40,663 nucleotides of DNA from Bdellovibrionota bacterium (lineage in GTDB: Bacteria > Bdellovibrionota > UBA2394): positions 1 to 40,663 of the forward strand of contig JBILFF010000003.1 of NCBI GenBank assembly GCA_044351695.1, given 5' to 3'. The translations under genes were made by a program, and so were the position numbers. Positions 1 through 9,044 of this stretch are shown piece by piece (positions within the stretch are counted from its first letter, which is position 1; each line of letters begins with the position of its first letter). The notes under the pieces are model-generated. The model saw only the letters and a program-made list of their open reading frames with translations. It searched no databases and was not told where the DNA came from.

Positions 1-2
1 AG

Positions 3-473
3 CGAGAGGCGATTCATTTAGCAGAAATCAGTTTGCTCGCTTTGGTCACGCCTGATCGGATGGTTCGCGAGTACGAAAAAACAGCGCGCCGAATTCAAGA
101 AGGTTTTCAGTTAGTTTACGGCGAAGAAAATCAAATCATGAAAGACTTCACCCAGCCGCTCTTGATTAGCCTTCGTCAATCCGCACTGCGTGCCCGAGTC
201 GAACTTTTCAATCCTTTTTTATCTGTGAATATTAAGGGCGAAAGTCCGTTTCACTTGGCTAAGAGTGCTTTTCAGAGTTCCGAGAAATTATTTAAAAAGC
301 TTGAGGGTGTTTTAGAGGCCGATCGTCGCTACAACGAGGAACTCGTCAAGCAGACCGAGTCTTTGCACCGCTTTTTAATGAAAAAACAAACCGACTATGA
401 GCTTCAAAAAACTCGAGAAATATGGGCGGAGTTTATGGAGGGAGCCTTTCACGTTCCGGCGGCTTTGCCTTAA
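3..473 (+). CDS. Hypothetical helical protein, 5'-truncated by the window edge
   Basis: Frame is open from position 3 (REAIHLAEISL...) into ORF 33..473; charged, helical composition; no recognisable motif. Confidence 0.6.
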   Translation, partial: REAIHLAEISLLALVTPDRMVREYEKTARRIQEGFQLVYGEENQIMKDFTQPLLISLRQSALRARVELFNPFLSVNIKGESPFHLAKSAFQSSEKLFKKLEGVLEADRRYNEELVKQTESLHRFLMKKQTDYELQKTREIWAEFMEGAFHVPAALP

Positions 474-498
474 GATTGAAGATCACTCCTTTAGGTTC

Positions 499-1059
499 TT
501 AAAGGGTTTTCAAGGCTTCTTGATAGAGCTTTCTAATGCCCTCATCTTGGATATCTAAAGATTCCAGTTGTTTGAGAAGCTGTTCAAAATATTCCAGACT
601 GGTTCCATTTTGCCCTCGAGATCGGGCCAGTAAGGAGATCTTTTCAGTTTCACTTAAACGTCCCGCGTACTGTGGACTTTCGGGATTGCAAACAAAAGTG
701 AGCGCCTTTCCAGCCTCTCCAGAGTCTAAAGAAAATTCAAACCAATGCTCATCGTAAATGGGCGTCCAGACTTGCTCGTGTGGGAGTCGTTGACCACGTT
801 CGCGAAATAGAACTTTTTGGTAAACCGACTCATAGTTTTGGGGCGCGACTTGAAAAAGGATTCCCGTGCAGGATCCGCCTCGGTCCAGCCCCAACACCAG
901 CCCTGGATTTTCGGGCGTGCCTCGGTACTTCCAGCTATAAACGCTAGGCGATCTCGAAAAGCCTTGAAGCTCAAAAACCCAATTTCTTTCGAATTCAAAA
1001 TCAGGGTTCCACATCAATGAGCCGTAACCAAAGATAAACAGGGGCTGCTGAGCGGCCAT
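499..1059 (-). CDS. chaC: ChaC-family gamma-glutamylcyclotransferase
   Basis: FIFGYGSLMWNP, YRGTPENPGLVLGLDRGGSCTG, RE and G-x-S-x-EY motifs; ATG at 1059 preferred over 1137. Confidence 0.9.
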   Translation of the reverse strand: MAAQQPLFIFGYGSLMWNPDFEFERNWVFELQGFSRSPSVYSWKYRGTPENPGLVLGLDRGGSCTGILFQVAPQNYESVYQKVLFRERGQRLPHEQVWTPIYDEHWFEFSLDSGEAGKALTFVCNPESPQYAGRLSETEKISLLARSRGQNGTSLEYFEQLLKQLESLDIQDEGIRKLYQEALKTL

Positions 1060-1225
1060 AGGTTTGTATACCACAGATTCGAGGGCTCGGTGGGCATGTC
1101 CAAAAAATCCCACAACTGTGGTTTTGGGCCACAGCATGAGGGGTCGACAGGCCTAGAGGACTGCATAAAATCCATTTCCAGTCAGTGTAGATTCGGCACG
1201 CGACTTGCGATGCTCGCCTCTCGCG

Positions 1226-2086
1226 ATGGAGTTTAAGACGAGAATTTCTAGTATTACCTTTGCTGTAAAGTTGTTGGTACTCGCTACGCTATTATGTGTC
1301 GGGGCGTTCTTGGCCTTGCAGAATAGTCTTCTTCTGAATTTGGTGGGGGCGATCATTTTAGGGGTGATGTTTGCTCATGCGGTCGAACTTCAGCATCAAT
1401 GTCTCCATGCTACGGCCTTTCGATCGAAAGAATGGAATTTGTGGATCGGACGCATTCTGGGTATTCCACTTTTTGTGTCTTTTGCGCACTATCGCGCGCG
1501 ACATTTTGAGCATCATTCTTGTTTGGGCACTCCGAAGGACCGAGAGTTTTTTTCTTATCGAAATGAAGAAGCGAAACCCCTTTGGACAGCGATGAAGTCC
1601 TGGCTTCGATTGGATCGATTTCGCCTGTGCATTTTGGATGGCGCACGTGCTTGGTTGGGTCGTGTCCCCTCGGACATCTCGACCCCTCGTGACCGGCGAT
1701 TGGCTTCTAAAGAATATCGATTCCTTTTGATTTTCTTTCTTTTGTTAGCACTTTTAGGCCTTTTATTTCCCAAAGAAGTTTTATTTCTTTGGGTTTTGCC
1801 AGCCTTGGTGGTGGGAGAAGTCACTCATATTTTAATAGAGCTTCCAGAGCATTATGCGGTCGACACCCTGTCCTCAAACCCGCTCGTCAACACACGAAGC
1901 ATCACGGGCTCTTTTTTTTCGTATTGGTTAACGAATGGAAACAACTTTCACGTCGAGCACCATCTCTATCCACACCTCTCTATCGATCAGTTGCCGTTGG
2001 TACATCGCTCGATTCGGGCGGAGATAGAGGCACTTGACCCCACGTATTGGGCATTTTTTAAAAAGGTCTTAAAAGGAGCGAACTAG
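1226..2086 (+). CDS. Membrane di-iron fatty-acid-desaturase-family protein
   Basis: Three His boxes (HQCLH, HFEHH, HVEHH) plus hydrophobic segments; ATG at 1226 likely start. Confidence 0.9.
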   Translation: MEFKTRISSITFAVKLLVLATLLCVGAFLALQNSLLLNLVGAIILGVMFAHAVELQHQCLHATAFRSKEWNLWIGRILGIPLFVSFAHYRARHFEHHSCLGTPKDREFFSYRNEEAKPLWTAMKSWLRLDRFRLCILDGARAWLGRVPSDISTPRDRRLASKEYRFLLIFFLLLALLGLLFPKEVLFLWVLPALVVGEVTHILIELPEHYAVDTLSSNPLVNTRSITGSFFSYWLTNGNNFHVEHHLYPHLSIDQLPLVHRSIRAEIEALDPTYWAFFKKVLKGAN

Positions 2087-2087
2087 C

Positions 2088-2708
2088 TTGATCATTTTTT
2101 TTGAAGCCTTCCTTTTGGGGCTTGCCTATGCGATGCCTTTAGGACCTCAAAATGTTTTTGTGATTCACTCGGTATTGACCAACCCCTGGAAACAGTCCTG
2201 GAAGGTTCCCAGTTTTGTATCGCTCGTGGATATTTCGCTCGCCATGGCTTGCTTTTTTGGAGTCGGAACATTGCTCAAGCTGTCACCTTGGGTGGAGCCA
2301 GCTCTTCTCGCTTTTGGATGTGTTTTTCTTCTTTGGATGGGATGGAAGATTATTCGTTCTCGGCATAAAGTTCAGGTGCAGTCTGGCCAAAAAACTCCGC
2401 TCAGCTCCTGGAAAGTTTTGCGAGCGGCTCTCGTTTTAACTTGGCTCAATCCCCAAGCTCTCTTAGACGGAACCCTTCTTTTTGGATCTTATAGGGCGAC
2501 CTTAGGTGCCGAGGAGACGATTTACTTTTTGGCCGGTATTAGTGTGGCTTCTCCGCTTTGGTTCTTCCTCCTATCCGCCTTTGTCAGTATTTGGAGAACC
2601 AACAGTGTCGAAAAATTATTTTGGTTTGTGAGCTGGATTTGTGGTTTAGGCATGATCCTTTACGCACTTCGCCTCGGCGTTCATCTCTATGAAAGGCTCG
2701 TCCTATGA
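2088..2708 (+). CDS. LysE/ArgO-family exporter
   Basis: PLGPQNVFVI and LTWLNPQALLD motifs; about six hydrophobic segments in 206 aa. Confidence 0.9.
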   Translation: MIIFFEAFLLGLAYAMPLGPQNVFVIHSVLTNPWKQSWKVPSFVSLVDISLAMACFFGVGTLLKLSPWVEPALLAFGCVFLLWMGWKIIRSRHKVQVQSGQKTPLSSWKVLRAALVLTWLNPQALLDGTLLFGSYRATLGAEETIYFLAGISVASPLWFFLLSAFVSIWRTNSVEKLFWFVSWICGLGMILYALRLGVHLYERLVL

Positions 2709-3829
2709 TTCATTTGGTTTATCTGAGTTGTCTGATTCTCTCGCAAACATCGCCCGTTCGGATCGCCATTATGGATCGACTTCAATCGCAAACGCTGGCT
2801 TCCGAAAAATATGAAAAGGATTATTTTTTAGGCATTGAGCTCGGTAAGCGACAAATGGCTGAACAGGGCATTCCGCTTGAGTGGAAGTACTTTGAGTTGG
2901 GTCAGGAGCCTGTATCCATCCTAGAAAGAGTTTCGGAGGTTGAAGCCTGGAACCCGGATGTCATCATTGGACCTCGATCTTCTAATCGCTTCTTACTTTT
3001 AAAGAATAGCTTTCCCAAGCGCTTAGTCATATCGCCTTTGGCCACGGCAGAAGCGGTGGGCGCCCTGCCCGACAATCTCTATTCGATATCGTATCCAAAT
3101 CGTTTTGCGACGGAGGCTTTAGTGAATTTTTCGATCCAAAGGCTTAAGCCAAGAGGGATTCATGCAATCATTGAATCGGAGTGCAAGAATTGTCGCGATT
3201 TTGCCGATGTCTTCTTATCTAAGTTCAAAAAGCGACGCCCGAGTATGCATATTTCTGAGGCGACCTTTGCGACGGCGACGGTGGAGAGCGTCGATGTAGA
3301 GAAGCTTTTAGTGGGATATCGAAAGGGAGATTTGATTTTATTGCCTAACACTTCATACTCCTCAGGAATACTCGCCTCTAAACTGAGTGACCGACTTCAG
3401 GATGAGAACCTCATTTTTTTAGGAAACGATGATTGGGGTCCTTGGAGTGCGTCGAATTTTGGTAGGATCCAGTCTAAGCAGGATGTAAGTGGATATCTAG
3501 TAAACCCATGGGCTTTCGAATCGGCCCGTGTTTTGGGGGATGTCTTTAAAAAAGAGTACGCTAAATTCATGACGACGACCTCCGAACCGGAGCGTATTTC
3601 TTTAATTGCCTTTGCCGCCATGAAATTGATTCAAACGGTGAGCTCTGAAAAGAATCTACTGGGTCTTCCCAGCGACAAGCGAGCGGCTGGGTTTCTTAAG
3701 GCGTTTTTAGAAATGAAAGCAAAAAACCCCTTTGTTTTTCGATCGGAGCGATTTGCCATTCTGAAGTACACGAAGAAGGGCTCAGAGTTCATTGAGTCGG
3801 TTCGGGTTCCCAGAGAGTCTATCCCGTGA
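2705..3829 (+). CDS. Type I periplasmic binding protein (LivJ-like)
   Basis: Short N-terminal hydrophobic signal; PDVIIGPRSS, VISPLATA and FLGNDDWG match LivJ-like patterns; ATGA overlap with the LysE gene. Confidence 0.75.
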   Translation: MIHLVYLSCLILSQTSPVRIAIMDRLQSQTLASEKYEKDYFLGIELGKRQMAEQGIPLEWKYFELGQEPVSILERVSEVEAWNPDVIIGPRSSNRFLLLKNSFPKRLVISPLATAEAVGALPDNLYSISYPNRFATEALVNFSIQRLKPRGIHAIIESECKNCRDFADVFLSKFKKRRPSMHISEATFATATVESVDVEKLLVGYRKGDLILLPNTSYSSGILASKLSDRLQDENLIFLGNDDWGPWSASNFGRIQSKQDVSGYLVNPWAFESARVLGDVFKKEYAKFMTTTSEPERISLIAFAAMKLIQTVSSEKNLLGLPSDKRAAGFLKAFLEMKAKNPFVFRSERFAILKYTKKGSEFIESVRVPRESIP

Positions 3830-5148
3830 AGAGCCTTCAGGATGTCATTCGGCGCCAGATTGTTTCTAGAGTGGCTGGTGTCATTGCGATTCTGGTCCTC
3901 TTGAATTTAAGTTTTAGCACCTATGAAGCTTTGCGATTAGTAGAGGATCTAAAAAAGTCGCTTCGAGCGGAACTGGTGGAGCTAGAGAATTTTGTGATTG
4001 GACAAGTGTTGGTCGATAATGAAGAGTCTATTCCCGAGCGATTAGAGGTTTTTAAAGATCGGCACCCGGAGCTGACTATTCAATGGAATCATTCAGCAAA
4101 CCTCGACTTGGAGGGCTTTCGCTGGCACTTTCCAGATCGGTTTCAGTGGGAAGTTCCGTTACGTAGTATTGGATCTCAGCGCTTTGGAAGCATTTTTATC
4201 GATGGATCTTATTTTGCCTTTGAAAGTGCGCTTCATGAATTTGGACGGCGAACTGTATTTTTAGTGATTGTCACCATTCTCATTTTGAGTTTGCTGGTGC
4301 CCTTAGTAAATGTTGTTCCCAATCGCTTTTTTATGCAACCCATCCATCGGACCTTGGCCCTCTTGGAGGGCAAAGAAAGTCCTGAGGACTTAGCTTCAGC
4401 TCCCGAAGTTCAAGAGGTGTATGATATCCAGATGCGAATTCAATCTCTTTTGAAGGAGATTGAGTTGAAGTCGCGAGAGGCTGCCGTTTCTGAAGTGGCT
4501 TCTCGTGTGGCGCATGATATTCGATCTCCTGTGGGCGCTATCTTGATGACCATTTCGGATGATTCCGTTCTCGATGCCGATGCCAAGAAAATACTAAAGG
4601 CTTCTGCGTTGAGGGTCCAGGCGATATCGAGTCAGCTCCTAAAAGAGTATGCGGAGCCAACGTCATCATGGACTCAGAACTTTAGGCAACTGGTAGAGGC
4701 TCTGATCAAGACGATACGTGCGGAGTTTTCGGGGCATGAGCCTACGAAGGTAGATTTGCAAATGGACGATGTGTCCGCGCAATTGCCACCAAGTCCACAT
4801 ATTTTAGAGTTAATCCAGGTCTGCTCGAATCTCCTCAAGAATGCCTTTGAAGCAGTAGATCCAGATACGGGAGTGATTGATGTAAAAATCAGTGTGAGAA
4901 ATCAGAATGTGAATTTAGAAGTTACGGATAACGGTAAGGGCATGCCTCAAGAGATTCTCGTAAAATTGGGAACGGATGTGATCACGCATGGTAAAGGTGG
5001 TTCGGGGACTGGCTTAGGGATTTTACGCTCTCAACAAAGCATCCGCATGCGCGGCGGAAGTTTGATGGTCGAATCCGAGCAGGGCAGAGGCACTCGCGTC
5101 TTGGTTGTTTTGCCGCTAACGGAATCGATTTCTCAGAAAGGAAATTGA
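3826..5148 (+). CDS. Membrane sensor histidine kinase
   Basis: Two TM segments flanking an extracytoplasmic region of about 110 aa; H box VAHDIRSP, N box SNLLKNAFEA, G1 DNGKGM, G2 GTGLG. Confidence 0.93.
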   Translation: MKSLQDVIRRQIVSRVAGVIAILVLLNLSFSTYEALRLVEDLKKSLRAELVELENFVIGQVLVDNEESIPERLEVFKDRHPELTIQWNHSANLDLEGFRWHFPDRFQWEVPLRSIGSQRFGSIFIDGSYFAFESALHEFGRRTVFLVIVTILILSLLVPLVNVVPNRFFMQPIHRTLALLEGKESPEDLASAPEVQEVYDIQMRIQSLLKEIELKSREAAVSEVASRVAHDIRSPVGAILMTISDDSVLDADAKKILKASALRVQAISSQLLKEYAEPTSSWTQNFRQLVEALIKTIRAEFSGHEPTKVDLQMDDVSAQLPPSPHILELIQVCSNLLKNAFEAVDPDTGVIDVKISVRNQNVNLEVTDNGKGMPQEILVKLGTDVITHGKGGSGTGLGILRSQQSIRMRGGSLMVESEQGRGTRVLVVLPLTESISQKGN

Positions 5149-5151
5149 ATT

Positions 5152-5886
5152 ATGAATCTTAGCCTGAACGGAAAAATTTCATTGGTCACTGCTTCGACTC
5201 AAGGAATTGGTTTGGCCATCGCTCGGTCGTTGGCTGCCGAGTCCGCTCGAGTGGTTTTGTCGAGCCGGGATGAGTCGCGCCTTAACTCTATATCTTCTGA
5301 GATCGGTGCCTTCGGTATTGTTCCGGCAGATTTATCGAAGCCGAAAGAGGTAGAAAGCCTCTGTCATCGCTTTACCATGGCCTTTGGATCTCCGGAGATT
5401 TTAGTGATCAATATGCCAGGCCCACCCAAGGGTTTATTGATGGATTTAGAGTGGACCGATTGGCAGATGGGATTCGAGGCTTTGTTTTCTCCCGCCGTAC
5501 AGTTGATGAAGTGGGCGATGCCCGCGATGAAGGAGAAGGGCTTTGGTCGAATTGTCTTGGTGACCTCGCTGGCGGCCAAAGAGCCGATCGCCAAGATGCC
5601 CATCTCGAGCAGCCTTCGTACGGGACTATCGAGCTTGGTGAAGCTCGCGTCTCGGGACCTCATTGCGCATGGTATCACCGTGAATGCTGTTTTGCCGGGT
5701 TGGACGCTCACTCCGGGAGTCGAGAAGTTGAAGGTTGCGGAGGCAATGGCTCCTACGCTGCCACAAAAAAGACTGCTCCATCCTCAAGAGATTGGCGACG
5801 TGGCTTGCTTTTTGTGTTCGCAACAAGCCTCGGGACTCACAGGCCAGTCGATTTTGGTGGATGGTGGAGCGACGAGCGCACTTTAA
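5152..5886 (+). CDS. SDR-family oxidoreductase (atypical FabG-like subgroup)
   Basis: VTASTQGIG, INMPGP, GITVNAVLPG, TGQSILVDGG; SSSLR in place of YxxxK. Confidence 0.9.
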   Translation: MNLSLNGKISLVTASTQGIGLAIARSLAAESARVVLSSRDESRLNSISSEIGAFGIVPADLSKPKEVESLCHRFTMAFGSPEILVINMPGPPKGLLMDLEWTDWQMGFEALFSPAVQLMKWAMPAMKEKGFGRIVLVTSLAAKEPIAKMPISSSLRTGLSSLVKLASRDLIAHGITVNAVLPGWTLTPGVEKLKVAEAMAPTLPQKRLLHPQEIGDVACFLCSQQASGLTGQSILVDGGATSAL

Positions 5887-5992
5887 AAGAATTGATATTT
5901 CGGCGCGACAAGTGCCGGCAAGTCGACTTAGGATAACTCCGCTTAATGAAAGTTCTTGATTCAGGACGCGGATTGTTGCATAGCCTCGCCCC

Positions 5993-6652
5993 ATGAGAGA
6001 CGCCTCACTGCTATTGAAATCAAGAGTTCTAGCCGCCCTCGTGTTGGGAGTGGGTTTAATGGGTTTGTTCATGCCGCAGTCTGCACACGCTTTTGATACG
6101 CTCTATTGTGGGCTGACTCGGGTGCCTGATTTAGAAGACTATCGAGGTATTGAGAAGATTACGGGGAGTACATTTGAGAGTATCCCCTTTGCGCTCAATG
6201 ACACTGAAAAAGCCTTTGCCGCTCAGATAAGTCAGGACCCGGCGGTGTTTGTCTTGTATGAAAAGCTGCCGAAAAGAGAAACAATCCCGATGGAGTACAA
6301 GCTGTCGGTGATTCGATCTTCAAGCATTAAGGTTGAGGATCTTATTGAGCAGCCCAAGAAAGAGGCAGCTCTAAGGGCTGCCAAGCGAAAGCCTGACTTT
6401 GCCATGAGTTCTGTCACCACCATCCAAAATCCTGACCAAAATGGAAGCTACGCTGATGGTGCAGAGGGAGACAGTATTGCCTTTGGACCTGCGTCAGTAT
6501 CTGACGCTGCCTCAAATGTAGGTTTGAACACGCTCAGCCGAGACGGCAGAGTGTTGCAAAGTAGTTGTATCATCTGTGATCAAGTCTTTTGTAGCCGACT
6601 CATTAAACCCCAGGACTACATTGAAACCAAAATTGAAAGAAAAAGGCGGTAG
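5993..6652 (+). CDS. Secreted hypothetical protein with four Cys
   Basis: Signal peptide ending AHA; Cys in YCG and CIICDQVFC. Confidence 0.7.
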   Translation: MRDASLLLKSRVLAALVLGVGLMGLFMPQSAHAFDTLYCGLTRVPDLEDYRGIEKITGSTFESIPFALNDTEKAFAAQISQDPAVFVLYEKLPKRETIPMEYKLSVIRSSSIKVEDLIEQPKKEAALRAAKRKPDFAMSSVTTIQNPDQNGSYADGAEGDSIAFGPASVSDAASNVGLNTLSRDGRVLQSSCIICDQVFCSRLIKPQDYIETKIERKRR

Positions 6653-6653
6653 C

Positions 6654-7268
6654 ATGAAAATCTTTTTTGCTGTGTTGGTATGGGTCGGCTCAGCCGCAAC
6701 GGCCAGAGCCCAAGAGATGTGGTGTTCAACTGTGATCGAAAATCTTGAATCTGGCCAGCGGACGGTCGGGTTCACTGCCACTGGAGTTCCAACGCGCGAG
6801 CAAAGTGCGCAGGGTCTCGCCAGCGGGCAAAGGCTAGGCGCTGTAGTGTCCATGCTACCAGATCGCAGTGAGAAGATAACGGGGCTCTTGAAGTTAGGAC
6901 GCAATCGCGGGACCGCGGGCACTTTTGACCTTTGGATTTTTCGATCACGAGGCGATGTGCCTTCGGGCAGCGTTTATAGAGAACTTGCAAAGGATCTTAA
7001 AGTTTCATCGTCTGGTCAAAATGGCTCAACCACTCAGTTTAGTTTTTGGGCTGGAAGAGTCAGATACAATGACGTGCCGGAGCAGTATCTGAGTGCAGTA
7101 CCCACCTATTCGTATAGCACAGGCAAAGAGTACATAGATCATATCTGCCAAATGTGTTCGCCCAAAATGAAAACCTGCCCCAACCTTGAAGATCCTGCCG
7201 TCCTCAAGCAAGAAGCTGAAAAGCTAAATGCGACGCTTGTTGAACTTAAACCCTTTGACTTCTTTTAG
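6654..7268 (+). CDS. Secreted hypothetical protein with four Cys
   Basis: ATG at 6654, 1 nt after the upstream stop; signal MKIFFAVLVWVGSAATARA; Cys in MWC and CQMCSPKMKTC. Confidence 0.75.
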   Translation: MKIFFAVLVWVGSAATARAQEMWCSTVIENLESGQRTVGFTATGVPTREQSAQGLASGQRLGAVVSMLPDRSEKITGLLKLGRNRGTAGTFDLWIFRSRGDVPSGSVYRELAKDLKVSSSGQNGSTTQFSFWAGRVRYNDVPEQYLSAVPTYSYSTGKEYIDHICQMCSPKMKTCPNLEDPAVLKQEAEKLNATLVELKPFDFF

Positions 7269-7492
7269 TTGAAGCTTCGCTATGCGTCGTTATGTTTCGT
7301 TAATCCTTCGGATAGTCGCGTAAATTTGTATTACTTTCATATGAGGTGTGGGACCCCTCACACTCATTTCAGAGATGAGGAGTGGGTGCGATATATTCGA
7401 GACAAGTACGAATTCTCTCTGAGTTAAGAGTCGATAGCCCTGACAATGAGAAGATCTATGCAGGCACGGGGCCTAAGTAGCTGATTTCAAAT

Positions 7493-7527
7493 AAGCTTCG
7501 GTGGGCTGCCCAAAGCCACCAAAGCTT
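7493..7527. other. Imperfect inverted repeat, possible terminator or regulatory hairpin
   Basis: aagcttcggtgggct...agccaccaaagctt; no clear U tract. Confidence 0.4.
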
Positions 7528-7541
7528 GCTATGAGGTTCCC

Positions 7542-8963
7542 GTGGTTCGCGTGCTTTATCAGTCGGTTTTTTTAGCGGTTATTTTTTCGCTCGGTCCTAT
7601 CACCGAGCTCGATGCCTTGCCCAAGGGGCGTTACGATTGTCCTACCAGCATAAAATCAATCTTTCATGCGCAGTTATGGAGAGAGCGTTCAAAGCTTGGA
7701 GGTAAGCCCGCGCGAGCTACCGTGATTCGTTTTACCTCTCAAATGAGAAGCCATTCGCTGGATCTTCAAAAAGCGAATGAAGAAGTGGCCATTTGGATCG
7801 ATGAGTTTTTGAGCTACCGTGATCGCCTTGAAAGTTTTCCGGCTGGGCTCAAACGTCTTCGAAAGCGAATCGAAATCTTAGAGACCGCTTTCAAAGCGGA
7901 CGCGCCCAAGAGCACGGAGCCCTTTGAGGAGGTTCTGCTTCCCCCAGCGCCAGATAAAATTGGGGGCGTCATTGTGGTTCCTCAGAATCCAGCCTTTGTC
8001 AGTCGGCTCGTTAAAGACAAGAGAGCTTTAAGAAGATTGATCAACGAAGAAGTTCTGGAGTTGAAAAAATTTGAAAGTGCTTTGAGAGCTCTGAGAGAGC
8101 AACAGGCGATCTACTTTGTGAGATTTAGTATTATTCTTAAGCTGTGGAATGAATCTTCCGAGCAGAGTAATCGAATCGAGCACCACCCCATCACCAAGCA
8201 GCGCTTGCAGTTAATAAGAGACATTGAAGATCTGTTAGATCCCCGAGGATTGTTTATCGAGTATCATCCGGATCCAGAAATTTTTGCTTGGGCACAAAAT
8301 CTCTATCGCTATGATCAGATCTTCAGAGAGTTTCGTCGGCGCAGTCACATCGAAGATCCGCTCAATGTCATGAATTGGGTGAATCAAAAAGCAAAAGATT
8401 TTGTGAAATTACATTCTGAAAAACTAGCATGGGTGGGCGCTATTACAACGGTTTTAGGAACCTATGGATTTTTTCAGAGTCAGCTGAGGGCCATTCGAGA
8501 GCAAACGAGTGAGATTAGGGATCAGCTTGTGGAGACCGTTAAGTCACCTGAGGAGTTGAAACGAGAAAGGGAAGAGCGAGAGAAGGTCGAGCGTGAAAAA
8601 CAATTGATCGCTGACGCAAAAATCATCGCTGAAAAATCGGAATCTTGGGATGAAATCGAGACTCGATTTGCTCAGTTTATGTCGAGGTTTCCTGCAGAGT
8701 CGGGCATTATTTGGGGCCAAGTCAAAAACGGAAAACGAAAAGATTTTACTGAAGACACCTCATTTCACCCCTTCTTCTTTGAGCAAGCTCGTGAGATTGA
8801 CCTGTGGTGGAACCGCATTCAAGAGGGTTATGTGCTTAGTGGTGAGCAACTCATCTACGGGGCTCGGGGGCGTTTTGAGGTTCGTCGTGAGTCGCGAGAT
8901 CTCCTGCGTCAGTTTCTAGATAGATTGGAGTTCTCCTCCAGGGCTGACGATAAACCCCAGTGA
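7542..8963 (+). CDS. Hypothetical exported or membrane-anchored helical protein
   Basis: 473 aa; N-terminal signal-like segment, internal hydrophobic stretch LAWVGAITTVLGTYGFF, E/K/R-rich coiled-coil-like region. Confidence 0.75.
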   Translation: MVRVLYQSVFLAVIFSLGPITELDALPKGRYDCPTSIKSIFHAQLWRERSKLGGKPARATVIRFTSQMRSHSLDLQKANEEVAIWIDEFLSYRDRLESFPAGLKRLRKRIEILETAFKADAPKSTEPFEEVLLPPAPDKIGGVIVVPQNPAFVSRLVKDKRALRRLINEEVLELKKFESALRALREQQAIYFVRFSIILKLWNESSEQSNRIEHHPITKQRLQLIRDIEDLLDPRGLFIEYHPDPEIFAWAQNLYRYDQIFREFRRRSHIEDPLNVMNWVNQKAKDFVKLHSEKLAWVGAITTVLGTYGFFQSQLRAIREQTSEIRDQLVETVKSPEELKREREEREKVEREKQLIADAKIIAEKSESWDEIETRFAQFMSRFPAESGIIWGQVKNGKRKDFTEDTSFHPFFFEQAREIDLWWNRIQEGYVLSGEQLIYGARGRFEVRRESRDLLRQFLDRLEFSSRADDKPQ

Positions 8964-9044
8964 TGCTCGAGTCTTATACAGACTTCTAAAAGCCCTGCAT
9001 AATAAAGCAGTGTGGTGGTCCCCCATTTGGGGTGGAGGGGGTCG

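Noticed and set aside
5364-6072. Alternative-frame ORFs over the SDR gene
   Set aside because: Shadow ORFs with no independent evidence
6560-7185. CxxC motifs as heme c attachment sites
   Set aside because: Neither is followed by His (CIICD, CQMCS)
7269-7541. Known riboswitch or msr-msd RNA
   Set aside because: No recognisable consensus and no reverse transcriptase nearby; kept only as unexplained hairpins
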